A DNA stretch of 63,504 nt, filler included, from Octopus bimaculoides (Eukaryota): assembly GCF_001194135.2 (NCBI RefSeq). It is 4 parts of 3 records of this genome, joined end to end, with 100 filler letters (N's around TTAATTAATTAA, not from the genome) between each part and the next. Parts side by side here need not be neighbours in the genome. Positions count along the whole stretch, not along the records: positions 1 to 24,399 come from NC_068999.1; 3 more parts are not named here. One strand, written 5' to 3'. The notes beneath the pieces were generated by a model. That model was not told where the DNA came from, did no database searches, and worked only from the letters and a program-made list of their open reading frames with translations. The first letter of the stretch is position 1. Every line of letters begins with the position of its first letter. Shown here in pieces: positions 1 through 12,538 of this stretch. Made by a program: the position numbers and the translations under genes.

Positions 1-57
1 ACACAACTGAAAGGATGAAAGGCAAAGTCGACTTCGGCGATATTTGAACTCAGAACG

Positions 58-619
<562 letters not shown>

Positions 620-620
<1 letters not shown>

Positions 621-912
621 GTACTTATTTATTTTTAAAACCTAGTACTTATTCTATCGGCACCTTTTTCTGAACCGCTAAGTCACAGGGATGTAATCAC
701 ACCAGCACCGGTTGTCAAGCGGCGGTGGAGGATGAACATAAATATAAACACACACAGACGCACACATAGATACGACGAGCTTTTTTCAGTTTCCATCGGC
801 TAACTTCACTCACTAAATTTTGGTCGGTCCATGGCTATAATAGGAAACACTTGCCCAAAGTGCCACATAATGGGACTGGACCTGGAACCATATGGTTGGG
901 AAGCAAACTTCT
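620..912 (-). mobile_element. tRNA-derived SINE, family A (partial)
   Basis: Reverse complement shows a tRNA-like head (GGCTGTATGGTAAGAAG...GGTTCCAGGTCCAGTCCC), then 'ggcactttgggcaagtgtttcctattatagcc' and the downstream body seen in more than 10 copies in the window. Confidence 0.85.
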
Positions 913-939
913 TACCATACAGCCGCGTCTATGCTGCCT

Positions 940-1255
940 AAAGATTAATACAACTGCATGGAGTACATAAATTTACTAAAGTAACTGATATGAGATTCAG
1001 ACTACCAAAGTACACCAAAGCAAAGTTGAAGAAAGGGAAATTAAAAACAGTAATATCGTGCTATATGAAGATAAAGAGATAAGAGGAATACGCCAAACGC
1101 AGATTGACAAAAATTAAACAATCAATGCACTAGACAAGATGAAACATACAAAATAAAGAAACTATTAGGAAGGAATGTTATAAAGACGCACTAGAATAAT
1201 ATTTCAAACGTAACTAAATACTAAAGCAGCAGAATTATAGGCACCAAGACCGATA
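940..1255 (+). mobile_element. R4/Dong-like reverse transcriptase fragment (degraded)
   Basis: Translation FTKVTDMRFRLPKYTKAKLKKGKL...KETIRKECY resembles F..DIGM.FGLDKCAK..FKKGKL...KE.IRKEYYRR of Dong-like RTs; several frameshifts. Confidence 0.6.
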
Positions 1256-1336
1256 ATGCGATAATACATAATAAGTGTGATATGTGTTAACTATCGATAT
1301 CACGATATTACAATAATGCTATGCAGACGTAAACTG

Positions 1337-1545
1337 GTGAGCTGAGAGAATCGTTAGAGCACCGAGAAAAATGCTTAGTGTCTGTCTTGACGTGCTGAGT
1401 TCAAATTTCGGTGAGGTCGACTTTGCTTTTCATTCTTTCGGAGTCGATAAATAAAATACTAGTTGATCACGGTGGGGTTGATGTAATCGACTTAAACCTT
1501 CCCCCGAAGTTGCTGGCCTTGTGCCTAGATGTGAAACCAATAATG
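1337..1545 (+). mobile_element. tRNA-derived SINE, family B
   Basis: Box A-like GGTGAGCTGAGAGAATCGTTAG, box B-like GAGTTCAAATTTC, body 'gtcgactttgcttttcattctttcggagtcgataaa', tail 'ttgctggccttgtgcc'. Confidence 0.85.
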
Positions 1546-1854
1546 TTGTACAGTAATGAGCTGTAGAATTATTCCGAATTAAGTTTTAAGATATATTGTA
1601 ATTAGCAGAATTGGAGTAATAATCAGCTATACCTGTATGAATAGACATTCATACAATACAGAATATAGTAATTTTATGTTCTGTAAATATTCTTATTGTA
1701 TTTGGACACATTATTTGTTAATGTTTGCTATTTTGTTACACTTAATAATAGTTAACTTATCATAAAGCTTCTCTAATTATGTGCATCTTCTCTAAGGTTT
1801 AACCAATTCTCGTTTCAAGGACGAATTTCTCAAAACCTTAAATTTCCAATAATA

Positions 1855-2210
1855 ATAATGTCTTCCACACTAACCGGAAGACTTGAAATATATGATAAAG
1901 GAGCGAGTTGATTACGTCTACCCTAGTGCTTAACTGGTATCTATTTCATCGACCTCGAAATGATGAAAAGCAAAGTTGAGCTCGGCGTAAAGACGGACGA
2001 AATACCACTGAGCATTTTCCCGGTGTCCTAGCGATTCTGCCGGCTCACCACCGTTTTTATAATAATGGTAATGCTTCCTATTACAGGCACAAAGCCTGAA
2101 TTTTGTGGGAAGGGGCTAGCCGATTACATTGACCCCAGTGCGTCACTGGTACTTATCCTGAAAGAATAAAAGGTAAAGTCGACCTCGACGGAATTTGAAC
2201 CCAGGACAAA
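1855..2210 (-). mobile_element. Two adjacent family B SINE copies (second partial)
   Basis: Reverse complement of the family B body at about 1855-2052 and 2070-2205. Confidence 0.8.
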
Positions 2211-2698
2211 AAAGCTGAATGAAATTTTATCAACCCTGGAAGACTGAGAAGCAAAGTAGATTTTTAATGGGATACAACTCAAAATTTACTAAATACAGAC
2301 GTTCAACGTCTACATGATTATACAACTGCAAACACAGATAAATATGTAGGCAAATAATAGTGTATTCAGACAAACATACATTAAAAAAAAAACTATATAG
2401 AATTAACAAAAAATACATTCAAAACCAGACGTAAACTCCATATATACCTGTTCCAAAATATATACAGAACAACACAATGTCATAATCAATGCACATTTGG
2501 GCCCGTGGGACAAGTGTTAAAATCATAAAACTGGGCCATAATAGATAGTGCAACCCGTTATGCAAATAGTTTTGAGATAAATTCTACAAAAATGAAGAAA
2601 ATAGAACTAGTCTTGTAAGAGTCATTATTTTAACAAATTATTTTATATAACTCTGTGTATGTGTCTGTGCGTGTGAGTGTGATAGTGCCTACAGTTTT

Positions 2699-2742
<44 letters not shown>

Positions 2743-2792
2743 NNNNNNNNNNTGTGTGTGTGTGTGTGTGTGTGCGCGCGCGCGCGCGCGCG

Positions 2793-2832
<40 letters not shown>

Positions 2833-3324
2833 TGTTTGAAGGAAAGACGAACAGATTTCTCTATAGGTTTCCATTAGCTGTCATGGTGAAGCTTAATAAC
2901 CCTCCATACTTCTAGTTTTATGGTCACGCGTTTATTCAGACGAATGATGGTCCAAAATGAAAAATAAATTGTAATAATAAAACGAAATTGAAGAGACAGA
3001 AAATATATAGATGAAAGAAGCTATGTCAAATCCGTTGAAGTATGACATTACTGTATTCTTTTGCCAGCCCAGAACCTCAATAAGTGTCTGTCGATATAAT
3101 TACGAATATGTACGTCTAGAATATAGTGCTTCTCCAAATTTAGCTTCAGGATGCAAAAGAAAAGACGAAATCTAAAAGGAAAAATGTATTTAAAAATGCA
3201 ATCAAGTTTAGAACGGTTACAGCAATAGCATTTTAATGACGGCTGCTTACTTTCTGTGATTGCGTTGTTATTTTTGGTGTTAGTGGTAGTAGTAGCAGTG
3301 TTCGTAGTGGCTGTGGTTGTGGCA

Positions 3325-3530
3325 TGGTATCAAATTTTAGCGCAAGGCCAGCAATTTCGGGCGTGGTGGGGGCATCGACCCCAGTAGTCAGCTGTTACTT
3401 ATTTTATCGACCCTGAAAGGACGAAAGGCAGAAATCTACCTCGGTGGAATTCAAACTCAGAACGTAAAGACGGGTGAAATTCCGCTAAGCATTTTGTCCG
3501 GCGTGGTAAGGGTTCTGCCAGCTGGCTGCC
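3325..3530 (-). mobile_element. SINE family B
   Basis: 'gcaaggccagcaatttc...gtacttattttatcgaccctgaaaggacgaaaggc...gaactcagaacgtaaagac...gctaagcatttt...ctgccagct'. Confidence 0.85.
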
Positions 3531-3552
3531 TGATGTTGTGTCATTTATATCA

Positions 3553-3800
3553 GAATGACACATGACAGATGTCCTTCTTTGTCGATGGGACCGTTTCTAT
3601 TCTACAATTCACAGTCAAAAGGTAACTAATATTTCCGTTTCTGTCACAGCCACTTGAGAAAGAAACAATAATGCTAACGTACTCGATCGATGATTACAGT
3701 TGCGAATTTGCCAACTTCTGCAACACAGCAGTGAGACGTGCTCTCCGCTCAATCATCGAGCTCAGTCATCTTGGGGAATCATTAATATAAGCATACACTT
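3553..3800 (+). repeat. Copy 1 of a ~250-bp diverged direct repeat (copy 2 at 6806-7055)
   Basis: Colinear match by eye, e.g. 'tgacacatga.agatgtcctt..ttgtcg.tgggaccgtttctattct' and 'aacaataatgctaa.gtactcg.tc.atgattacagttg.gaatt.gccaactt'. Confidence 0.85.
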
Positions 3801-3811
3801 ATATATATATA

Positions 3812-3847
<36 letters not shown>

Positions 3848-4904
3848 TGTGTGTCAGTCTGAGCCTGTGTGCACGTGCGCGTATATGTATATGTGTGCAT
3901 GAGTGTAGGTATACATGTATGTATGTATGTATGTATGTATGTATGTATGTATGTATGAATGAATGCGGTGGTTGTGGTGGCGGCGATAGTGGGTGTAGTA
4001 GTTATTGTGGTAGTAGTGAATACTTTTGCTCTTTTCAAGAAACATCCGTTTTCGACAGATTTCTTTTGTTATAATAATTTGAACGCAAAGTGAGACAAGG
4101 TTTCATTTCATACTATATATACATATATGTATCATGTGTGTGTGTGCACATGAATACACTCATGATACATGTATGTTTGTATGTATGTATATACTCACAT
4201 ACATAACGCACATATATATAGACAGATAGATGGGTACATAAATAGATTGAGAGATAAAAACACAGACGACGTATTGATATAAACACATTAGCATATATAT
4301 ATATATATAAACATATATGTATGCATACACACATACACATACACGCACACACACATACATATCTGTAGATCGATATCGATATAACTGATACCCTCGAGTA
4401 AAATTATTTCTTCGCTTTCTTCCCCTTATAAATACCATTTTTCTCAACGACAATTCTCTATATAATTCACCACAACAAAATACTCCACCATAATATATCC
4501 TATATTTGCTAAAACATGGTAATAGCAAAGACACTGGCAAGTGTCCAGTCAGATTTTGTTAAAGGCCAATACGATATTTTCTGTCATAAATAGGAATAAA
4601 GGAAATGGTATTTGGTTTGCTTTCGGCCTTTTTGTTTTTACTTTCTCTCTTTCTTTCTTTTTCTTGTCCGTTGACGAATATATTACGTACAGATACATTC
4701 TGTGGAGTATTTGTGAATTTAATCATAATCACGGATATCCTACTATCATCCTTATTGTTACACTAACCATTTAGTGTGGCATTAGTTGACTATATCGGTC
4801 GTTGTGCGAGACAACGAACCGGGAGTTAACAGGTTCGTATTACCCTAATGCTGTATAATGAAATCTAATAACTTACAGGTGTGTGACATCGCTAATTAAG
4901 AAGC

Positions 4905-5350
4905 CTCTGTGTGCTCACCGGACCTGCTAAAAGCAGCAACCAACTGCCCTTTATTTCATATCCTACAGTGTTAAAAAAGGACACACTGGACAATATAGTT
5001 CAACATTTGCCCCACATAAGAAAAATGTGCAATGGTCACGGCTTGAATGGCTTTGATCATAGGTGAGCTCGATCAAGGCTGACCTGGGACTAAACATCAA
5101 CAATCAATGATAATGTCAAAGGAACAACATTTGTCCAGGTCTAAGACCATTTCATCCACTTTTGTGGAAATTCAGTAACGTTTCTCAGACAGTTAGAAAT
5201 AACAGTCAAATCTCCCTCATATCACACTTTCCTGTTTTAAAAAGAAAACATTGAATAATGTAAGCCTGGATAAATTGTCCCTGAGATAAAGATGGTTAGA
5301 ACGCCTTTGATTATAGGTTTGCTTGATTAGAGCTTGGCTTACGTGTAAAC
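4905..5350 (+). mobile_element. Two partial copies of a third SINE-like repeat (family C) ending in (CAA)n-like tails
   Basis: Shared 'a(g/c)c...aaatctccctca..tcacac...aaaaaag..acatt.ga.aat.tag...atggt...gctttgat.ataggt..gct.gat.ag.gct.acctggg..taaaca' at 4915-5102, 5180-5350 and 44990-45195. Confidence 0.65.
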
Positions 5351-6134
5351 AAAAGCAATAATAGGCGAACAGAAATAGACTGGACAATAGAGAGACTACA
5401 ACATATTCAGACTGTCACCCAGCATCCCTTGTGATTCATTGTTAAATATTAATTTGCAATATCGGTGGAAGAACTGAAATAAACTGGATACTGGAGCGAC
5501 TACATGAAATCCAATCTGTCATCCAACACTGTGCAAGTTATTACTAAATGTCAATATTCAATATCTACGGAAGTACAGAAATAGACAGGACAGTAGAGAG
5601 ATGACTATTTGTCCATACTTTCATACTGCAACCTATAAGATCCATTACTGGATGCCGCAACGTGCAATATGGTTCTCTTGCCAGTGGGGTAAAATGGTAT
5701 ATCTAAAACAACAGATGTGTGGATCGCTACTAACTATGAATTAGATTCGTTAATAGTGTACCAGAAAGCGCTTGGTTAGAGCGGGACTGGAGCTAAACAA
5801 CAAGAAAAGAGTGGTAGTAACCACATTAAGAAAAGACACAGATTACTGGCGACAACTTGTTCACCAACACTCTCCAAACACTGATCCTTGTTGCACGCTG
5901 TTTCTTCCCTTCTATCGCTGCTAGAACATACTTTGCTCATCTGAAGCAATTTATTATTTTCCTAGTCTGATTCCAATACATTGGTGTTGTTACTACAGCG
6001 ACTGTCTTTACACTACTAATTCCTTTCTGTATAGCACCAACGCCGTGCAATTTTCTTTCGCACAAACAACAAATGTGGGGCTCGATTTCCATTTGTAACC
6101 GTAACTACTCCCAGTCACTTATTTTCCTATGGTA

Positions 6135-6794
6135 TAGGGTGTTGAAACAGTCTCTCCGCAGTGATTCCTTTCATTCTGCGCATGCGCAATTTGGATATCA
6201 CTGCGTGGGCGGCCGGGTGTCAGCCATTGTCCCTCAGTCATTGTGTACCCTTCAGCGTGACAACGTGCTAACCATTGAAGAACGTATGTTTTTAGATGAA
6301 TGGGTGTTTCGAGCTGGAAACAAATATACAGATACTGTGAAACAGAGGTTCAGTGAAACAGAGGTTCAGTGAAACAGAGGTTCAGTGAAACAGAGGTTCA
6401 GTGAAACTTTTTCAAATACTGTTGTTCCACATCGTGACACTGTGCGGGACTTGATAAGAAAATTTAGAAACACAGGCTCAGTGGAAGACGCAGCAAGAAG
6501 CGGTAGGCTTACTGTTCTTTCAGACGAAACACTCACCAATATTTCCTATAAACTGTTGACAAGCCCATCAAAGTCCTTACGCAAATTGCCGCAAGAAAGG
6601 AAAATCAGCCTAGGAAGTGCTCACACGGTAGTAAAAAAGGAATTAAATTTTATGTATTGAAAATGAAGTACGACACTTTCAACACCTCTTATAAAGTTTT
6701 TTCAAAGTCTTGTAAAGTTTAATATATTCTTTTGTAGTCTTATATCATTTTATAAATATTTATTTAGCTGCGGAGAGACTTTTTGGACACCCTG
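6135..6794 (+). mobile_element. Internally deleted Tc1/mariner-superfamily element with both TIRs and an N-terminal HTH remnant
   Basis: Left TAGGGTGTTGAAACAGTCTCTCCGCAG and right CTGCGGAGAGACTTTTTGGACACCCTG are inverted repeats, flanked by TA on both sides. Protein ...KQRFSETFSNTVVPHRDTVRDLIRKFRNTGSVEDAARSGR... is a DUF4817-type HTH with the TGSV.D..RSGRP motif. No DDD/E domain. Confidence 0.9.
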
Positions 6795-6805
6795 TATTTG
6801 TATTA

Positions 6806-7052
6806 GAGTGACACATGATAGATGTCCTTCATTGTCGGTGGGACCGTTTCTATTCTGTCAGAGGGTAACTATTTCTGTTTGTGTCACAGCCAATTGAGTA
6901 GTAAACAATAATGCTAAGGTACTCGGTCAATGATTACAGTTGAGAATTGGCCAACTTTTGTAAAACAGCAGTGAGGGGTCAGTGAATGAAGCCCCCTCTG
7001 TTCAGTCATCGAGAGAGAATCTTGAGGGGAATCTTTAATACAAGCATACGCT

Positions 7053-7055
<3 letters not shown>
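6806..7055 (+). repeat. Copy 2 of the ~250-bp diverged direct repeat
   Basis: See 3553-3800. Both copies are followed by (TA)n/(TATG)n tracts. Confidence 0.85.
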
Positions 7056-7110
<55 letters not shown>

Positions 7111-7205
7111 TGCATGTATTTGTGTGTGTGCGGCACAGCTGTTTCTGTGTACGTATGTGTGCGTGAATGTATATGTATGCATGCATACATGTATATATGT
7201 AAATG

Positions 7206-7237
<32 letters not shown>

Positions 7238-7629
7238 GGTAGGTAGGTAGGTAGGTGGGTAGGTAGGTAAGCACGAAAGTGCAGTGCGGCCGCATGGGGA
7301 AGAGCTTTATTCCGTAACTATACGGTAACGGTTTCGAACTATAGCACAGTATCTTGGGTAAACGGAAATTTTACGGGAGTCCGTCGGGTACCGTGTCATA
7401 CACAAACGCGCGCGCGCGCACGTGCATATACACAATGTGTTATGATGATTTTCCCGAGAATTATGATAAAAGGACACGTTTTTTCTGGAATGGTCAGCTA
7501 CTTAAACGTTAATTGAGAAACAAGTTATTTGCTTCATTGAACAACTGAATCCTCATCGACAAACAATGACGATTCCCTCCGCATCCCCATACTTTCATAA
7601 CGTACATATATAGATGTGTGTGTGTATTC

Positions 7630-7680
<51 letters not shown>

Positions 7681-7829
7681 TGTGTGTGTCTGTGTAAATA
7701 TATTTATATATATATATATATATATACATGTATATATATGCATATATACAAACATATATATACACGTATATATACTGTATATATGTATGTATATATACTG
7801 TATATATGTGTGTATATATATATATATAT

Positions 7830-7885
<56 letters not shown>

Positions 7886-8628
7886 GCATATATATATAAA
7901 AAAAATATATATATATATACATGTGTATATATGCATATATACAAACATATATATACTGATTGTACTGAATTCGATCCCAGATCCCAGATCTATTCAGTTA
8001 GAGCTGACCTAGTATTAAGTAACCACAACAACACAGACGTCAGATCTTAATAGCTAGATCATTTGATTACAAATGACCATTAATTATTATGATGAACACA
8101 AGTCATTCGGCAAATGAAACATTTAAAATACAGTAATGAAGCAATAAAATTCCGGTAAAGATGAGCAAATTAGACCTCAATGGGAAGAGGATGAGATCAA
8201 TGCTCCTAATGATGTTTTATAATGGCAAAACTATTAACCTCATTTTAATTATGAGAGATTTTTCGCCCTTTATATTAGTCTCAAACAGCTGTTATTTTTA
8301 ATCTTTATCAGATATTTTGTTCCTACATGTATACATATTACAAAACCGAATTTGAACTAGAAAAGCTCGCTTTTATCCAATAAGCCATTTTTGTTCCGTA
8401 CACCATTGACGTATGCACATTTTTAGAGGTTAAGTCCCTGGTTCAAATCCAAGCTGGTGATATGTAAACATTCAGAAATAAAACACCTTATGACGGTCGA
8501 AGGTCGAACTCACTTTATTGTTATATATGTGTGTATTGAAAGATTTCGTATCCTTAATGATAAAACTGTTAGCCTCAAGAAGTAACATCTTGTAAATTAC
8601 ACATTAATTAGAATCTTATTAATAATAA

Positions 8629-10690
8629 CACTAGGCAACAACAAAAATTTATTGCCTACTACCCAGACAGATACTGCTGTACTAAACTCACTCGAGTACG
8701 CTGATTCTGAATCGGAACTCAGAATTACTGTAGCACGTAAGGATTTTGAGTTATGTGCATAATTATATATTTAAATATATTAGTATCAGGAATAGTTAAG
8801 TTCAAGGTAAATAGTTATTATAATAGTATATTAGTACTGTATATAGTATATTTATGTTCAAGGCAAATAGTATTATAATATAATGGTACATAGTATATTT
8901 AGGTTAAGGGAATACTCACTCTATTTTTGATATGCTCAGCTCAGAAATGTTTGAGACACTTGCGCTTATGCCTCGTGCTGGTCTTCCGTTGAGGGAACCA
9001 GTAGTAGTCACCCAACATGTGTAGATTGAACCAGCCTTGATACTTCGTTTCCATTTCAGATATGTCGTGGTGGAACCTCTCACCATACACATCACTAACA
9101 GCACTAAGATTCGTTGGAAACAAATCGAGATGACAATGCAAGAAGTGCATTTTAAGGGACATTCGGCATCCAATTCATACGCTGTTAGCATGCTGTTTAT
9201 TAAATAAGCATAGTTTTCAGCTCGATGATTTCCAAGAAAGTTGTGTACAACTAACACGAGTGAATCCCATGTCGTCAGCTCAACTGGATTCAGTTTACCT
9301 CTGAATTTGCTACCAGACATCAATTCTTTGATCTCGGGTCCAATGAAAATGCCTGCTTTCAGAGTTGCATCACTTTTCTCTGCATCAAATTTTACTTTTA
9401 GATACTGGAAGCCACAAACATCGTGTGACATTTCTTTTACAAAGCTTTTCATGAGGCGGAGTTTGATGTGAAGGGGCGGAAGGAATATCTTTTGCGGGTC
9501 CGCCAGTGGCATATGCTGCACATTGTACCGACAAACTATATGCTCATTTCTTTTAGGCCGGTCTTTTACAGTGTCATGATTGCTGTCGTCGCGGTTGTTC
9601 TAAGCACACAAGAAGCACATATTTTGGTATATTTTAGCTGCAAGCCTAGGAGGAGGGAAATCACTTTTAAATCACCACGAACATTCTACTTATGAACTGA
9701 GTAATTAACTCCTTTCAGAATGAGTTCCATCGATTCATAAGTTTCTTCCATACCGACAACATGACCCACAGGTGTGGAAAGTTTTTTCATTACCATTATG
9801 TAACAACACAACTTTGAGGCCAACCTTAATCGGGTCTATTCGTTAACCATATGCATGTGTCCTAGTGTTTGCAGGAGGGCATTAACGTCAGTACAGAAAC
9901 AAGCATTATTTTCTTGTTTGAAAATGACAGATAAGCTTGCATGGCGAGAAGGGAAAATGGAAATTTTCGTACCTTACTGTAGGAGATTCCGTTGCTGTAG
10001 TTTGGATCCCAAAACATCTGCTTTCTCCTTTGAAAATGCTAAATATCTTACTAAATCGTTCAAATCTTCTTGATTAAACAAGCGTGGTTCATTTTTCTTA
10101 GAATCAACTACGTATTCTTCGTCGATAGGAGAATCAAAGGGTTCGTCGTTCGACGTATCAAGGTCTCCAAATGAATCATGTGAGAGAGGAACTAGGACAG
10201 GGTTCTCGAAGTCATGTGGCACCGGTTTTAGAGCCGACTTACATTCTGCATACACAATTTTTGCTTTGGTTTTCGTTGAGAAACCACTAATATTAATAAT
10301 GCAAAAGTAATAATCAGAGACATGATTGGTTGGCTCACGCCATACCATCGGTACCGCAAAAGGCATTCCCTTCTGTTTTCCATTCAGCCACTGTGTAAGC
10401 CCTGAGTAACACACGGAGCAACATATATGAGATTGCCACCTCTTCTCTTGGGCCCCAACTTTACATTGCCCCAATTTAGTGGCCATTTTCTTCCGTTAGT
10501 CACGCAGAGCAAATTTTCCACACACATAACAAAAGTTGTCTGGGTGATTCACATAGCCTCTCCTATTCATGAACACGGTTAAAACAGTAATCACGCAGAG
10601 CGAGAGATACACATACCACACCTGACGGTAACGCAAACGACACAGAGTTACCAAGAACAAACTGACGTATTTGGCGATTGCACACAATAC
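8629..10690 (-). mobile_element. Near-full-length, degenerate Chapaev3-type (CMC superfamily) DNA transposon
   Basis: The terminus at 8629 reads TAA|CACTAGGCAAC (Chapaev ends CAC..GTG). The opposite end is not clearly resolved and is followed by a SINE at about 10742. Contains the transposase pseudogene below. Confidence 0.8.
8941..10570 (-). pseudogene. Chapaev3-like transposase pseudogene (about 540 codons, several stops and frameshifts)
   Basis: Ordered motifs: HPDNFCYVCGKF; HICCSVC...WLNGKQKGMPFAVPMVWREPTNHVSDYYFC; KVVLLHNGN; GDLKVISLLLGLQ..YTK; LPPLHIKLRLMKSFVK; KAGIFIGPEIK; FLGNHRAENY; MSLKMHFLHCHLD.F..N..AVSD..GERFHHDI..METKYQG...MLGDYYW. All match the Chapaev3 transposase layout as I recall it. 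Confidence 0.88.
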
Positions 10691-10741
10691 CTCAAGTGAT
10701 CTCATTATATTATTGCTAGTTTCCACTATTTCTGGGTGCGA

Positions 10742-10950
10742 CAGAAGAATCATTAGCACGCTGTGCAAAATGCTTAGCGGCACTTCGTCTGTTTTAATGT
10801 TCTGAATTCAAATTCCGCTAAGGTCGACTTTGCTTTTCCACTTTGTCGAGGTCGGTGAAATAAGTAGCAGTCGAGCCCTAGGGTCAATGTAATCGACTTA
10901 TACTCTCCCGCTGAAATTGCTGGCTTTTGCCTAAATATGAAGCCAATATT
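10742..10950 (+). mobile_element. SINE family B
   Basis: 'agaatcattagcacgctgtgcaaaatgcttagcggcacttcgtc...ttctgaattcaaattccgctaaggtcgactttgc'. A further partial copy lies at about 11040-11160. Confidence 0.85.
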
Positions 10951-12020
10951 ACTGGGCTTGTTAAAATTAGAAAGAATTGTCTTGAAGGCAAAATACTTAA
11001 TAGTATTTATCTCGGCTTTAGATTTAAAATTCACATTCCGCCAAGAATTCACATACCTTTCATCATTTCGGGGTCGATAGAATAAGTACAAGTTGAGGAC
11101 TGAGGTCGATGTAATCAACTTATTCCTTCCTCTCAAAATTGCTTGCCAAAATTAGAAACAATTGTATTCTTGATAGTTTTAATTCCCGCCCCAGAAGAGG
11201 GAAATCAAAGTCGATTCTGGTTTTATTTCAAATCAGCACGTGATGCGGACATGTAACTAAAGATTTTGACCGATTATTTACCGATATTCTCATCCAAATC
11301 CGTCCTTCCTTCTAAAATATTTAATTTTGAAAAGTCGTTATGGAGTTGAAGACATAGTCCTGTTTTGTCTAATCACAGACAGCTAAGAATGAAATGTCTG
11401 TCGCTAGAATGATATATGAGAAAATCAAATTTATCCATATATATNNNNNNNNNNNNNNNNNNNNNNNNNNNNNNNNNNNNNNNNNNNNNNNNNNNNNNNN
11501 NNNNNNNNNNNNNNNNNNNNNNNNNNNNNNNNNNNNNNNNNNNNNNNNNNNNNNNNNNNNNNNNNNNNNNNNNNNNNNNNNNNNNNNNNNNNNNNNNNNN
11601 NNNNNNNNNNNNNNNNNNNNNNNNNNNNNNNNNNNNNNNNNNNNNNNNNNNNNNNNNNNNNNNNNNNNNNNNNNNNNNNNNNNNNNNNNNNNNNNNNNNN
11701 NNNNNNNNNNNNNNNNNNNNNNNNNNNNNNNNNNNNNNNNNNNNNNNNNNNNNNNNNNNNNNNNNNNNNNNNNNNNNNNNNNNNNNNNNNNNNNNNNNNN
11801 NNNNNNNNNNNNNNNNNNNNNNNNNNNNNNNNNNNNNNNNNNNNNNNNNNNNNNNNNNNNNNNNNNNNNNNNNNNNNNNNNNNNNNNNNNNNNNNNNNNN
11901 NNNNNNNNNNNNNNNNNNNNNNNNNNNNNNNNNNNNNNNNNNNNNNNNNNNNNNNNNNNNNNNNNNNNNNNNNNNNNNNNNNNNNNNNNNNNNNNNNNNN
12001 NNNNNNNNNNNNNNNNNNNN

Positions 12021-12054
<34 letters not shown>

Positions 12055-12060
<6 letters not shown>

Positions 12061-12510
12061 GGAAAATCCTAGAAGTGCTAATACCTAACTTCGGCATATG
12101 TGCTAGAACTGACTGACATTATATTGTACCAAAGTTACCATCCACCCCATTTAAATTCAGGATCAGGTACTGCAATAGTCCAGTGTTCAAAGGCCCCCAG
12201 CTATTCAATGCCCTGCCGAAAAAAACTTTTAAAAAATTAAGAAATCTGCATGAGATTGAAGTAGATGTCTTCAAAAAGGAACTAGATATCCTCCTCTCAA
12301 CAATACCGAATGAACCAACATCCCGACATGAAGTGCAGACGAGGGTAGCGGAATCAAACTCCCTTATACAACAGATGGACCAATAGCTGGGACAAAGGCA
12401 CATACAAGAGTGATGATGTGAAACACCACAGACTGTGGAAGTCTGAAAAACCATGGTGGTGCTCTAGCGTGACCGTAGCCTCATGGTTGAAACGAGTGAA
12501 AGAGTAAGTA
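12055..12510 (+). mobile_element. 3' end of a CR1-group LINE (ORF2 C-terminus, 3' UTR and tail)
   Basis: IWKILEVLIPNFGI...FKGPQLFNALPK...LRNLHEIEVDVFKKELDILLSTIPNEP...ESNSL* (stop at 12386) matches the post-RT C-terminus of CR1-group LINEs. Confidence 0.8.
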
Positions 12511-12538
12511 TATAAATAATTTTATATAGATATATATA

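Noticed and set aside
6337-6407. Short direct repeats suggestive of a CRISPR array
   Set aside because: Head-to-tail 16-bp tandem units with no spacers, inside a eukaryotic transposase; no cas genes.
7534-8050. Many 60-370 aa ORFs rich in YI/CV/HT/LS/X (also at 11.4-13.6, 15-16.9, 19, 45-48, 50, 56.6-57 and 61-63.5 kb)
   Set aside because: Translations of (TA)n, (CA)n, (TATG)n, (CT)n and (TATC)n microsatellites or of N gaps.
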